Positions 1 to 11,552 of a DNA stretch of 64,000 bases are shown piece by piece. The first letter of the stretch is position 1. Each line of letters opens with the position of its first letter. A program made the position numbers and the translations under genes. The notes under the pieces are model-generated. The model worked only from the letters and a program-made list of their open reading frames with translations. It did not search any database and was not told where the DNA came from. Origin of the DNA: an uncultured delta proteobacterium (GTDB lineage Bacteria > Desulfobacterota > Desulfomonilia > Desulfomonilales > Desulfomonilaceae); the NCBI GenBank assembly GCA_963789265.1, contig CAWBKB010000001.1, positions 1,920,001-1,984,000 on the forward strand, given 5' to 3'.

Positions 1-356
1 TTTGACAGGCAATCGTGGACTCTCGGCGGCAGCTTCAGCCTCGATTTCACCATACCTTGGATAGGTGCGTGGCTTTAGGCCAAATGCCCCGGCAGCCAGG
101 CGAGCAATTACGCCCACGCTCGTAATAGCGATGAGAGGTCAAACGCCTGCTCGATGAATGGCTCAACCGAGTGGTTACTAAATTCACCAAGCCATTTCCG
201 GCCGCGCTGTTCGAGTAATGATAGCCATTAATTTTTTATCGGAACGATAGCACTGAATATAATTATCCGCCTAAATTCTGTTGCCTTGCGATAATAGCTC
301 GACTAACAGTCCGATAACCTCAACCGCAGAACCCTAACCGGATGTGAGGATGGACA

Positions 357-1863
357 ATGAACTCTTCTGATGCGTACGAACAACTAGTGGGGCATAGCAA
401 GGAAATCGCTTACCTGGGCTCGGCGATCGCCGTGTTGCACTGGGACCAGCGCACCCAGATTCCGGCCGAAGGCCATGCACATCGCGTGGACGTCTTGTCC
501 CACTTTGCCAAGATGCGACACAGGATGATTACCGATCCTCGCATCGGCGAATGGCTGGCGATTCTTGAAGGGTCCGACTTGGCCCACGATTCGTTGTCTG
601 TGTCGGCCGTGAACATACGTGAGTGGCGAAGATCATACGATCGCGCGACCAAGATTCCGGAAAGACTTGCAGTCGAGATTGCCAGGGCCACGGCGGAAGG
701 GCAATCGGTTTGGGAAAAGGCTCGACCGCGAAATGATTGGCCTGTATTTATGCCCCATCTGGAGCGTATTGTTTCACTTGAACGCGAAGCAGCCGAAGCT
801 TTCGGTTACGAAGACGAGCCTTATGATGCCCTTTTAGAGGGGTACGAACAGGGCGAAACGGTCAGAGAACCTTCGTCCAATATTCAGCCGCCTTACTCAG
901 GCTCTGGTAAGTTTGCTCGAACGAATTAAGGGCGTTTCCGGTCCGGTCGGCGCAATGCAAGGGCGCAGTTTTCCGATTGCCGACCAGCGAGCTTTCGCGA
1001 TCGAAGTGGCGAAGCAGATCGGCTACGACTTCCGGGGAGGCCGTCTAGATGTTTCGGCACATCCATTCACGATCGGAATCGGGCCGGGCGATGTGCGCAT
1101 CACTACGAGATACAGCGAAAATGACCTTAGTGAGGCATTCTTTTCAACTATGCACGAGGCAGGCCATGCCATATACCACCAGGGACTGCCGCTCGAACAT
1201 TGGGGCACACCGTTTTGTCGGCCGATCTCTCTGGGCGTCAATGAATCCCAATCCAGAATGTGGGAAAACCTGGTTGCCCGGTCCTTGCCTTTTTGGGAGC
1301 ACTTCTATCCTCAAGCTCAGGCTCGTTTCACTTCTCTGGAAAACGTGCAGGTCAAGGATTTCTACTTCCTCGTTAATGAGGTGGTTCCGAGTCTGATTCG
1401 AACGGAGGCCGACGAGGTAACTTACAATCTACACATCCTGCTCCGCTTCGAGCTTGAAGTGTTGATATCACGCGGGGATCTGGATGTGGAAGATCTGCCG
1501 ACCGCGTGGAATGAAAAGATGGAAGCCTACCTAGGGCTAACCCCTCCGGATTACGCACTGGGAGTAATGCAGGACGTGCACTGGTCTTCGGGATCAATCG
1601 GTTACTTTCCGACATACACTCTCGGAAACCTGTATTCGGCGCAATTTTTTGCACGGGCTGAACAAGATCTGGGCAATTTGAGCGATCAAATGGCGCGAGG
1701 AGAATTTGCGCAGCTTCGGGAATGGTTGCGCGACAAGATTCATTCACAAGGGTCGCGATACCTGCCCAAAGACCTGGTAAGAACGGTAACGGGAGAGGGT
1801 TTAAATCCCGGTTGCTTAATCGACTACCTGGAACGCAAGTACATAACCGTATATAGGCTGTAA
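357..1863 (+). CDS. Carboxypeptidase, M32 (Taq) family; split by a +1 frameshift near 861-872
   Basis: ORF 357..929 has WDQRT and YDALLEGYE. ORF 913..1863 has SAHPF, the HEAGH zinc motif, ESQSR, IRTEADE, QDVHW and GYFPTYTLG. Removing one base near 870 gives a continuous ...ETV-R-E/N-LRPIFSRLTQALVSLLERI... Confidence 0.9.
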
Positions 1864-1901
1864 TGCGGGAATGGCGAGCCTCATCTGCGTCAGCAACACC
1901 C

Positions 1902-1968
1902 AGTAGGACCGGCATCTTGCCGGCCAGCGGGGAAAAAAATGCATAACCGGCAAGATGCCGGTCCTACT
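1902..1968. repeat. REP/REPIN-like inverted doublet with GTAG ends
   Basis: AGTAGGACCGGCATCTTGCCGG ... CCGGCAAGATGCCGGTCCTACT, a perfect inverted repeat between convergent genes. Confidence 0.8.
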
Positions 1969-1999
1969 AAGCAAATGAGATTCTTTTTCGAGTCACGGC

Positions 2000-2023
2000 G
2001 GGCACAGCATGCCGTGCCCCTAC
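2000..2023 (-). repeat. GTAG-type REP-like palindrome
   Basis: Reverse complement reads GTAGGGGCACGGCATGCTGTGCCC (GTAG foot followed by a hairpin). Confidence 0.65.
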
Positions 2024-2097
2024 ATGACAGGTAGCGGTAGGTTCGGGCCGTGCCCGACGCAGACCTTTACAAAAATCCCGGGATAGCCGCAATGCAC

Positions 2098-3030
2098 TCA
2101 TGAGGCCACTTGGCCAAAGAAGTCCATTTGATGGGCTATGTAGACCAGGCGGCCTTGTTCGATCTGAGCGTGGCGTTCGCAAACCCATTCCCGGAGACAC
2201 TCTTGATCGAGATTCGGATGATTGTCCAAGGCAAATCCGATTGTATTAATGATGAAGTGCAAGAAGTACGCTTCATCGCCGCGGTAGCCGCTTGGATCTG
2301 CATGGACAACCCAGTCTGAAGCGCCCGCTTCCAGCAGCATCGCTCCGGCGGTCCGGGCATGCTCGAAGAAATGGCGACCGGTCCGGCTGTCCCCGGAAGG
2401 CTTCCCGCCAATTACTCTGCGGTCCATGGTTTCGCGGTACAGTTTCTCGATTTGAGCATCGAGCGCAGCGTCGATCTCGGGCTGGATGATCGTGGCCCCA
2501 TCGAAGGTGATGGTAAAATAGAAGAAGCCGCCAGGTTTCAGTAGCGAGAATAGTTTGGGCAAAGTTGCGGGAACGTCTATCAGATCCAGGAAGGCATTCG
2601 CAATCAGTAGATCCCACTTTGAATGGCCGGATGCTCCAGTCAGGAATTCGAAGAGATCCACGTTCTCCAAGCTGACCTGCACGTCCTGCGCTTGGCCCCG
2701 CAGCCGAACGCTCTGACGGTTTGGACTTTCGACAGTGTACCCCTTCGCGGCGGCCCAGGACGGCAGCCGGGATGCAGCTTCGGAGATGTTGGCCGGCTCC
2801 GCATCCAGAGCGAGGTAGGTGGCGCGGCTTAGCAATCCCCAGTCAAGAGTCCGCTCAACCATCGTTCCTATTCCAGCCCCGATTTCAAGAACTCTCATAG
2901 GATCTTCGGCAGGGTAAGCTGCCACGGAACGGGCGAGGCTTTGCCAGACTGTCTTGTTGAGCGCACGGTCGTCTACACTCTTCTTTGCAGCGAGGTATCG
3001 CGTAAAGCTATAAACCGACGGAACAGCCAT
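2098..3030 (-). CDS. Class I SAM-dependent methyltransferase
   Basis: VLEIGAGIG motif I, WDLLIANAFLDL, LKPGG. Confidence 0.85.
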   Translation of the reverse strand: MAVPSVYSFTRYLAAKKSVDDRALNKTVWQSLARSVAAYPAEDPMRVLEIGAGIGTMVERTLDWGLLSRATYLALDAEPANISEAASRLPSWAAAKGYTVESPNRQSVRLRGQAQDVQVSLENVDLFEFLTGASGHSKWDLLIANAFLDLIDVPATLPKLFSLLKPGGFFYFTITFDGATIIQPEIDAALDAQIEKLYRETMDRRVIGGKPSGDSRTGRHFFEHARTAGAMLLEAGASDWVVHADPSGYRGDEAYFLHFIINTIGFALDNHPNLDQECLREWVCERHAQIEQGRLVYIAHQMDFFGQVAS

Positions 3031-3034
3031 AGAT

Positions 3035-4141
3035 TTAATTCACGATCTCCTCGATGAAGCTGCGGATGCCGGCCGCTGCTTCAGCCCATGTCGGGTGAGA
3101 TGAATAGCGTTCAAGCGCGGCTAAACCCATCCGGCCCAGTTTTTCTCGGTCATCGATCAATTCCTCGATATGGGTTGCAATGGCTTCAGCGTGTCCAGGC
3201 CGTACGAGAAATCCGTTCCGCCCGTGGGTGATTATCTCGTGAGCTGCCCCCGCGGTCGAGGCCAGGGCAGGCACCCCGAACCCCATAGCTTCCAGGTAGA
3301 CTATTCCGAAGCCCTCGTACGAAGACGGGACAGCGAGCAAATGGCTTCTCGCATAACAGACCTCAAGCTCTCGGCCCGTCAACGGACCCAGCAACCGAAC
3401 CTGTTCCTCTATTCCAAGTTTTCCGATTTGGGCCCGCACACTTTTGGCATAGGCTGGATCGGCCGCCGGGCTTCCAACAACGTCGAGCCTCCAGCTATCA
3501 CTCGGCAAGCGACCAAGTGCAGCAAGCAGTGTGTGCAACTCCTTGCGAGGAATTAGACTGCCCACGAACAGGACTCGGAGAGGACCGCCCTTTGCTGCAC
3601 GGCGTTCCATTGCTTCCCATGTGATTCCAGGGTTCACGCCGTCGCGGCCGGGAAAGGCCACGACTCCTCGTTCGCCCTTTCCGATCAAAGCCTCCACCGT
3701 TTCGCGAGTGGTGACACTATTGAAAACGAAGCCGTCCATCCTAGCGAGATAATCTTTTTCTATTACGCTGTACAAGCTGTTTTGCCAGCCAGGACGCAAT
3801 TCGCTGGAGCGAAGGTGGTGAACTATGGACACGATCGCGTAATCCACACTAGACTTCAAGCTCCGATTCAGCCGAAGCAGAGAGGGATGGTTCAGTTCGT
3901 CCTGGAGCAGGACATCGAGTTGCGCCTTTGCTAAAGAGCGAATCAACCTCTGCGAAAAGTTGTCCAAAAGATGCCTCGCATAGTTGCGCCAGGGCAGAGA
4001 AAAGATCTCCACAGCATCTCCCTGCGAACGCAGATAGTCTACCAGCTTGCGGTCGTAGAGATAACCACCGGTAAGCGTTTCCAAGTCGCCGTAAATGACC
4101 AGCCCGATCTTCAAAAACGTTCTCTGCGAAATGCCGCCCAA
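3035..4141 (-). CDS. Glycosyltransferase family 4 (GT-B)
   Basis: TGGYLYDR N-terminus, LFVGSLIPRK, EGFGIVYLEAM signature. Confidence 0.9.
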   Translation of the reverse strand: MGGISQRTFLKIGLVIYGDLETLTGGYLYDRKLVDYLRSQGDAVEIFSLPWRNYARHLLDNFSQRLIRSLAKAQLDVLLQDELNHPSLLRLNRSLKSSVDYAIVSIVHHLRSSELRPGWQNSLYSVIEKDYLARMDGFVFNSVTTRETVEALIGKGERGVVAFPGRDGVNPGITWEAMERRAAKGGPLRVLFVGSLIPRKELHTLLAALGRLPSDSWRLDVVGSPAADPAYAKSVRAQIGKLGIEEQVRLLGPLTGRELEVCYARSHLLAVPSSYEGFGIVYLEAMGFGVPALASTAGAAHEIITHGRNGFLVRPGHAEAIATHIEELIDDREKLGRMGLAALERYSSHPTWAEAAAGIRSFIEEIVN

Positions 4142-4501
4142 GCAATCTCATTTTCCCAAATTTTCACTGTCACGGCTGTAATATTGGAAGCATGAATGCG
4201 CTCGGAAAGTTGGTCGCAAAAAATCCTGGACAGATGTTCAATACTGGGGTTGAGTTCCTTGAACTGAGGCAGGTTGTTCAGAGTTTTATCACGATAACGG
4301 GACACCAGATGGTCCAGCCCGGACTCTATGTCCACTATGTCCACCAGATATCCGTACCTGATCGAGCCGGCTCCCTTCCAATTGCAGTTCCACTCGGTAG
4401 TGATGGGAATGGAGCTCATTTTCCGACCCCCAGTCCCCGCCGAAAAGAAAATGCTGAGCGACAAAGTCGCGCTTTACCGCCACGACATAAAGCGAACTCA
4501 T
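4111..4501 (-). CDS. 6-pyruvoyl-tetrahydropterin synthase / QueD-like T-fold protein (COG0720); +1 frameshift near 4354-4358
   Basis: N-part FVAQH...ENELHSHHYRVEL (ORF 4289..4501) joins C-part YGYLVDI...LNNLPQF...NPSIE...VKIWEN (ORF 4111..4464). Confidence 0.85.
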
Positions 4502-5536
4502 GCGACGTCCTCATAAGTAAAGATAAGTTGAATCACTTCTTCAGGAACGCAATCAAGCAAATTATATGCTTCCGGGGCCTGGCGAATTGAGAAACGATGG
4601 GTAACCAGGCTCGCGGGTTTCAACTGCTCAAGCATGTTCAAAGCGCACTCGAGACGCCGCGATTTTGTCCAAAGACCGGTAAATTTCGGCGCCAGGCGGC
4701 TAACCTGACTGCTTATCAACTTGATCCGACCCCTGTGGAATCTCCCCCCCAGGTCCAGATCAGCCCGCTTTCCGCCGTACCATGAGCCGATTACAATACG
4801 ACCGCTGAAACCGGCGGCTGAAATTGCCTGTTGGAGAGCTGAGGGATTACCTGACAACTCAAAACTCAGATCGAATCCATCGGTTGGGAGCGCTGCCCCG
4901 GCCAACCGCCGCAGTTGCTCGATGACGTCGGGCTCGGCGGGATCCAGGGACGCGTGAGCGCCAAATTCCAGCGAGCGCTGCCTCCTAAAAGGATACCGGT
5001 CAAGAGTCAGCAAACGAGCCAAAGGGAATCGAGCCAGTGATGCTGTGGTCAACAAGCCTACCACACCTTGGCCAAAAACCGCCGCCTGTTCGCCAATAAG
5101 CGGCGCCCCGTCCATGACAAAACTTATCGCGGTTTCCATGTTGGGCAAAAAGGCGGCTTCCTCCGGAGTCATGGACTCAGGCAAAAGGATCAACTGATCC
5201 GGTGAAGCCAAGAAATGGCTTTCATGGGGATTAAAAGAAAATACCCGCTCGTGCAACCACTGAGGGTCAAGGTCGGATCCAATTTCAATTATGCGTCCGA
5301 CAGCGCAATAGCCGTACTTCAACGGGTACGAGAATGGACGTGCCAAAGCGGGAATGGTTTCGTCGAGAAGCAGGTTCTCAGGCCATTGTCCCCTGTAGAT
5401 GAGCATTTCGGTGCCCGCACTGACTGCGGTGCAAATGGTGCGGACCAGTACTTGGTGCGGAGCCGGTTTCCGGGAGCGACTCCTTGATGACAGTCACCTG
5501 ATAGGGCTGCGTGAATTCGAGTGACAGCCGCTTCAT
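4498..5536 (-). CDS. Zinc-binding alcohol dehydrogenase-like (MDR) oxidoreductase; +1 frameshift near 5461-5473
   Basis: MKRLSLEFTQP start, SAGTE, YGYCAVG, PHESHF, GQGVVG Rossmann motif, ISSQV. Confidence 0.85.
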
Positions 5537-5538
5537 GC

Positions 5539-6240
5539 TCAGGCCAGAGCGCCCCAGAGTATGAGATCTTCCCCGAGCCACTGATGACCCGCATCGCGTA
5601 AGCGGGGAAAACGAGCCGGGTCGGACTGGCCGAGATCGCTTACCGCACGCAGACCACCCACGAGCACCGGGGCCACGGTCAAGACGAGGTAATCGACCAG
5701 TTGGTCTAAGAGGAAATTTGTTATTATGCGCGACCCGCCTTCCACCATGAGGCTGTTGACCCCGCGTTTGCCGAGTTCTAGCAGCATCTCCGCAAGATTA
5801 ACCTGTCCTCTGGTATTGGACGGAACTACAATAACCTTGGCGCCTGACGCTTCAATGGCTTCACGACGCGCGCTGTCCGGCTTTTCCCTTGCCACGATCC
5901 AGGGAAAGTGGGAATTCTGATTGAGAAGTTTGCAGTCCAAGGGGAGCCTCAGACGGCTGTCCACAACGATTGGCTTAGGACTCTTGCCGTTTACAAGCCT
6001 GACATTAAGACGCGGGTCATCGGATAAGACCGTCCCTATGCCTACTAATATCGCGTCATGACCGGCCCTGAGCTGATGGGTGAGCGTAAGAGACTGATGG
6101 CCGCTCAAATGCAACGCCTCTCCGGCACGTGCGGATATGCAACCATCGAGGCTTTGAGCATAACTTAGAGTGACAAATGGTCGGCCCGTCTTACAACGGT
6201 GAGCCGGCGCCCCTGTCAAAAAGGATTTTATAAATTCCAT
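5539..6240 (-). CDS. RibD C-terminal (pyrimidine reductase/DHFR-like) protein
   Basis: YAQSLDG, DAILVGIGTVLSDDPRL, VEGG motif. Confidence 0.9.
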   Translation of the reverse strand: MEFIKSFLTGAPAHRCKTGRPFVTLSYAQSLDGCISARAGEALHLSGHQSLTLTHQLRAGHDAILVGIGTVLSDDPRLNVRLVNGKSPKPIVVDSRLRLPLDCKLLNQNSHFPWIVAREKPDSARREAIEASGAKVIVVPSNTRGQVNLAEMLLELGKRGVNSLMVEGGSRIITNFLLDQLVDYLVLTVAPVLVGGLRAVSDLGQSDPARFPRLRDAGHQWLGEDLILWGALA

Positions 6241-6654
6241 CGCTCCAACATTAAATTGTCACTGCCGCCCCTGACTTTAAAGCAGAGCAATCATAGCGCA
6301 TTGCAAATTCCGCGTGGAAGTGTAACACGAAGAATGGGAAGAGACAAGGATTTCCGTGAAGAAGAGCAACCGTTAAGTTACACGGAGGCAGGTTTCGCGT
6401 CTCTGTCATTGTTGTAGATGTTAGATAATTCGTGGACGAGGTACCCCCAGGAAGGCTGAACCCGTCTTGTTGGATTCATCGAAAATAACGGCATCTGGAC
6501 CAAAATCCACTAAAACGCGTCGAATACCTTGCGTGAAGTAAAGATGGAGGATATGTTCAGAGGTTGCCGGAGCAGACGGAACGGTCTATTTATCACGAAC
6601 TCGAGGCCGCTTTCAGTATCTCGAGTCATCGGGCTGGTCCAGTGGATTCGCGCC

Positions 6655-7137
6655 ATGCTTAACACCGTGGAGATTCATGCCGCTTCCGAGCAAGAAACAA
6701 TTCGGGTGGGAGAGGCCATAGGCTTGGTTCTTAAGCCTTTGGACGCGGTCATGATGTTCGGAAAGCTGGGATCCGGCAAGACAAGACTTGCCAAGGGAAT
6801 CGTATCCGCTGCTACGGGAGTATGTAAAGACGAGGTGGTGAGCCCCACTTTCACGTTGATCAATCGCTTCGAAGGGAAATTTCCGCTGTACCATGCCGAT
6901 CTTTACAGAATAGAATCCGATCAAATAAAGGGCATCGGGCTGGAAGACTATCTGGAAGAAGGTGGCGCTCTCATTATAGAATGGGCTGAGAAGATCAGAG
7001 GATTCGATGAGGATTCCTTGATCGTCTTTATTGAGTTCGGAGACCTGGACCATACCCGAAGTATCGTTCTCCAATGGTCCAAGGAAGGGGCGTGGCAAGA
7101 CAGAATTATGGGAATTCTTGACCGCGTTCAACATTAG
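6655..7137 (+). CDS. tsaE: tRNA t6A biosynthesis ATPase TsaE
   Basis: GKLGSGKT Walker [19 protein letters not shown]. Confidence 0.92.
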   Translation: MLNTVEIHAASEQETIRVGEAIGLVLKPLDAVMMFGKLGSGKTRLAKGIVSAATGVCKDEVVSPTFTLINRFEGKFPLYHADLYRIESDQIKGIGLEDYLEEGGALIIEWAEKIRGFDEDSLIVFIEFGDLDHTRSIVLQWSKEGAWQDRIMGILDRVQH

Positions 7138-7220
7138 AAAGCTGCTCCTGCGAGTGCCGGCCTAAGTGCCGGGTCTTCCCATTGAGGGAGCTTTTCAAGG
7201 GTGTATTCGGAGAAAATGCG

Positions 7221-8442
7221 ATGCCCCTGATCGTGCAAAAGTTCGGCGGAACGTCGGTAGGTGATGTGGAGAGGATAGCCAACGTGGCGCGGAGAGTGGC
7301 CACGCGGAAAGAATTAGGTGACCAAATTGTCGTGGTCGTTTCAGCGATGGCGGGAGAGACAGACCGACTGATTGGTCTTGCCAAGAAAATAATCGGGACC
7401 CCGAACGAACGCGAACTGGACGTTCTAATTTCAACCGGCGAGCAGGTTACGATCGCTCTATTGGCAATTACCCTTGATTCTATGGGTTATAAGGCACGAT
7501 CGGTACTGCGGCTGGCAGATGCCACTTATCACAGATAACGCTTACGGCGCCGCCAGGATTGCCGCGGTACAGAAAGAATCTCTTATGGCCGATCTGGCCG
7601 CAGGAAACATCGTGATAGTGGCAGGCTTTCAGGGAGTAGATAAAGCAGGCAACATCACTACTCTCGGACGGGGCGGGTCCGACACCTCAGCGGTGGCAGT
7701 CGCAGCGGCATTGAATGCCGATTTGTGCGAGATATTCACCGACGTGGACGGCGTTTACACAACAGATCCCCGAATCGCCGCAAATGCCCGTAAGCTCAAG
7801 GTAGTAGCCTATGAGGAGATGCTCGAAATGGCCTCCCTGGGGGCCAAAGTGCTCTATATACGGGCGGTCGAATTTGCCATGCGCCACCGAGTTCCTCTGG
7901 TTGTCCGCTCCAGTTTCAACGACCGAGAAGGCACCTTGGTCACGGAGGAGAATTCTGAAATGGAAAGAGAGTCCGTCAGAGCCGTTACTTGTAATATGAA
8001 AGAGGCGAAGATAACGATATCGGGAGTCCAGGACAAACCGGGTGTGGCTTCCAGAATCTTCTCAGAGCTCGCCGACGCACACGTCGTAGTGGACATGATC
8101 ATTCAAAATGCCAGTGCCGAAGGGATTACCGACATCTCTTTTACCGTGCTGGAAGCTGACCTGCCTAAAAGCTTGGAAATTTGCCGTGGAATCAAGGAAG
8201 CTCTCGGAGCTACGGATGTAACCGGGACCGAGGACATAGCCAAGGTGTCTATCATAGGTCTTGGAATGCGTTCATATTCCGGCGTGGCTTCGACCATGTT
8301 TTCAGCTCTTGCTAAAGAAGGTATAAATATAGAGATGATCTCCAGTTCCGAGATCAAGATTTCTTGCGTAATTCGGAAAAAGTATGCCGAACTCGCAGTC
8401 AGAACTCTCCATGATGCTTTTGAATTGGAAAAGGCCGTGTAA
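7221..8442 (+). CDS. lysC: Aspartate kinase; +1 frameshift near 7502-7506
   Basis: [37 protein letters not shown] and two ACT domains; removing one G restores ...KARS-YCGWQ... Confidence 0.93.
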
Positions 8443-8520
8443 TCGTCAGGTTGAGAAGGTGCAGGTTTGACAGATCGAACACTCGAACCAATTTCGATCT
8501 GCAGGAGTAAATATTTGAAT

Positions 8521-10086
8521 ATGATCGAGCTTTACGACACTACCCTCAGGGACGGCGCCCAGACCTGGGGGATCACTTTTTCGCTTGAAGACAAGCTAAG
8601 AATAGCACACAGATTGGATGAGATCGGCATCGATCTCATCGAGGGGGGGTATCCAGGTTCAAATCCCAAAGATCGCAACTTCTTCCGCTTGGCTAGAGAA
8701 ATTTCTTTTAAACATGCCCAAGTAGTGGCCTTCGGCAGCACGTGCCGGTCCGAAGCTTCGCCGGAGAAAGATCCCCAGATCGGCGCTCTAGTAGAATCCG
8801 GCACCCAAGTCGTCACAATAGTCGGGAAGAGTTGGGACCTGCATGTAAGGGAAATCCTCGCCATACCTCTCAAAAGAAATATCGAGATGATAACGGATTC
8901 GCTGGCATTTCTACGGCCTCACTTTGCCAGAGTCATCTTCGACGCGGAACACTTCTTTGACGGATTCAAGAACAATCCCGAGTATGCGCTGCAAACTCTG
9001 CGAGCAGCCGAAGCCGGCGGAGCGGACCTTCTCGTGTTATGCGATACCAACGGAGGCACTCTCTCCTCGGAAATCGCGGCTATCGTCAAACATGTCGGTG
9101 AGCGCGTTTCAAAGCCTGTAGGTATTCATGCGCATAACGATTCAGACACGGCCGTATCCAATAGTTTGATGGCGGTGGAAGCCGGCGCGGTCCATATCCA
9201 GGGAACCATCAATGGAATAGGTGAACGATGCGGCAACGCAAATCTCATCTCCATCATCCCGGCTTTGGCTCTCAAGATGGGCCTAATAGAGGCTCAGCCT
9301 GAACGTTTGCGATTGCTCAAACGCGTGTCCGAATTTGTGGACGAAATGGCCAACCGAACCCCGGTAAAATCACAGCCGTATGTAGGGGCGTCGGCCTTTG
9401 CGCACAAAGGCGGTTTGCACACAAGCGCAGTAGTGAAAAATAATAAGGCTTACGAACATATTGATCCCACGATGGTCGGCAACGCTCGGATGTTCCCCAT
9501 GTCGGAACAGGCGGGCCGAGCCGCTCTCGTCCAAAAGGCGGCTCAGTACGGCATCCACCTCGCTCCCGTAGATCCGCGGGTGTCTGAAATCTTGCGAACG
9601 ATTAAAGACCTCGAGGCACGCGGGGCACAGTACGAGGTTGCCGACGGTTCTTTCGAACTTCTCATGAAGAGGATGCTGGGCCTGCACAAGAAATTCTTTA
9701 GCCTGCACGGCTTTCATGTAAGCAACGTAAAGAGAGAGGGCGACACAAAGACTTATTCGGATGCCATCGTACGTATTGTGGTGGGAGACAAAATGGAATT
9801 CTCGGCCGCGGAAGGGAACGGCCCGGTGAATGCACTGGATGAGGCATTGCGAAAGGCTTTGCAAGCTTTCTATCCTAGTGTGACACACGTAAGACTCACG
9901 GATTTCAAGGTACGTGTGCTCGAAGGGACCTCCGGTACGGGGGCAACGGTAAGGGTCTTGATAGAATCTACCGACGGAGAAGAGGTCTGGTGGACCGCAG
10001 GCTTCAATCAGAACATCATACAGGCGTCCTGGGACGCTCTTGTGGACAGTATCGACTACAAACTTCAGAAGGACCTGGTCCAATAG
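8521..10086 (+). CDS. cimA: Citramalate synthase (alpha-IPM synthase family)
   Basis: YDTTLRDGAQ, FDAEHFFDG, HAHND, GERCGNA, AFAHKGG, C-terminal regulatory domain GNGPVNALD; lies after lysC. Confidence 0.88.
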   Translation: MIELYDTTLRDGAQTWGITFSLEDKLRIAHRLDEIGIDLIEGGYPGSNPKDRNFFRLAREISFKHAQVVAFGSTCRSEASPEKDPQIGALVESGTQVVTIVGKSWDLHVREILAIPLKRNIEMITDSLAFLRPHFARVIFDAEHFFDGFKNNPEYALQTLRAAEAGGADLLVLCDTNGGTLSSEIAAIVKHVGERVSKPVGIHAHNDSDTAVSNSLMAVEAGAVHIQGTINGIGERCGNANLISIIPALALKMGLIEAQPERLRLLKRVSEFVDEMANRTPVKSQPYVGASAFAHKGGLHTSAVVKNNKAYEHIDPTMVGNARMFPMSEQAGRAALVQKAAQYGIHLAPVDPRVSEILRTIKDLEARGAQYEVADGSFELLMKRMLGLHKKFFSLHGFHVSNVKREGDTKTYSDAIVRIVVGDKMEFSAAEGNGPVNALDEALRKALQAFYPSVTHVRLTDFKVRVLEGTSGTGATVRVLIESTDGEEVWWTAGFNQNIIQASWDALVDSIDYKLQKDLVQ

Positions 10087-10089
10087 AAC

Positions 10090-10734
10090 GTGTCCATACC
10101 GGATTCAAACCACCGAGGCCCCACCCCGCTTTATGGGCTCATAATCCTGGGATTGGCGGCTGTCCTCTTGGAGTTCCTTGCGTCATGGGATAGTCCGACA
10201 ACTCTTATGCCAAGCAGAGAAGGCGGCCGCGGTAACTGCATGTATCTGGCGTTTCAAGACCAGAAATGCCTGGGTACGCTCTTTCTGGAGAAATCAGCCG
10301 ACATTTGTCGCATACTTCAGGAGATCGGAGTGCCTGAGACCGGGAAACGAGGATTCTCCCCCGAGAAAATCCCGTGCAATAGAACCATTAAACTGAGCGA
10401 AGATCTCAGAGTGGTATCAATAGAAAAGATTAGAGGCACATATCTCGTCTCAGCCGGGAAAAAGATCGACGTGAATTCGGCTGACCTTAAAGACCTTATG
10501 GCGGTTCCCGGGATAGGGCCTCGATTCGCGGAGAAGATTATCAGCCGGAGGCAAGCGCTTGGGAGATTCTCCAGCATAAGAGAATTGACGGGAATTCAGG
10601 GGATAGGTAAGAAGAAACTAGCCCGTTGGGCTCCGTACATTGAGGTCGGCGCCTCAGGACTGGTGGACGGTCGGCATGAGAATGTCGAGACCTCGAGGTG
10701 TCTCCTTAACCCATCGCCTCGGATCGAGAAATAG
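10090..10734 (+). CDS. ComEA-like helix-hairpin-helix DNA-binding membrane protein
   Basis: N-terminal TM segment, IDVNSA...VPGIGPRFAEKII...IQGIGKK HhH pair. Confidence 0.8.
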   Translation: MSIPDSNHRGPTPLYGLIILGLAAVLLEFLASWDSPTTLMPSREGGRGNCMYLAFQDQKCLGTLFLEKSADICRILQEIGVPETGKRGFSPEKIPCNRTIKLSEDLRVVSIEKIRGTYLVSAGKKIDVNSADLKDLMAVPGIGPRFAEKIISRRQALGRFSSIRELTGIQGIGKKKLARWAPYIEVGASGLVDGRHENVETSRCLLNPSPRIEK

Positions 10735-11260
10735 AAACGTGCCGGATCGCTTTTAAATCGCGGAATGCCACCCCTGCCGCCACGGCAATCGCCACCCACC
10801 ACCCCGGACCAAGCGGCCCGTTGCCGATGACCAAGACCAAGCAAATAGACACAAATAGCGCGATGGGTGCCACAAAGACCATGAGAAACGCATTTTTTGG
10901 CAATTCACCATTCGCTCCGAGATATCTCCCGCCTTTTTGGGGATAGCGTCCGGATATTCTGAGCCAGACACCCCAGTACGCTGCGAGACGGACAGCGAAA
11001 TAAAAAGAAGCTGCTCCCAGGGACGCCAACATCAACACGCTTAACGAAGGCAAGGGTCTGTGGGGAATCGGTAATAAAAGCCGAAAAGCTAGAAGAACCG
11101 CCAGTGCTGTGCCGGTCGAAGAGATACCCATCCGCCAGCCGTTCAGCCGAATTTCCCCTCCCAAGAGGAATAACGGAGGGTCCATGGGTAGTCCATAGCT
11201 CGCAGTACGGGCTCTAGAATTATCTTTGAGGGATTTGAAATCGATCTTCATGGTGGACAT
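10654..11260 (-). CDS. Integral membrane protein, DUF3267-like; probable +1 frameshift near 10735
   Basis: Several hydrophobic segments. Removing one T extends the C-terminus to RDLKAIRHVLFLDPRRWVKETPRGLDIL...*. Family call is from pattern resemblance only. Confidence 0.45.
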
Positions 11261-11552
11261 AGTGCTGTGCTCTATTGTATCTCCTACATCATGTTGGGAC
11301 TCTTTTGCAAACCCTGCTCGCAAGTGCCTCAACGTTGGACCCCAGTTCGGCATTGACTTTCCGGCCGATATACGTAACACTCAATGAGGGTACCCGGCTA
11401 CGCTTTGCCCTAAAGGTACTTTCACTCCATCAGAGGCGCCAGGTTCCTCCGGACCATTGACAACGGCTATAACAACATTACAGGACTAGCGGCATTTTCT
11501 CGACGCCTTCCGCCAAATCCGCAGAACATAGACCTATGGAAAGGTACATGCT

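Noticed and set aside
1..200. Possible minus-strand gene start at the window edge
   Set aside because: One frame is open to the edge but has no clear start, RBS or recognisable motif, so it cannot be supported.
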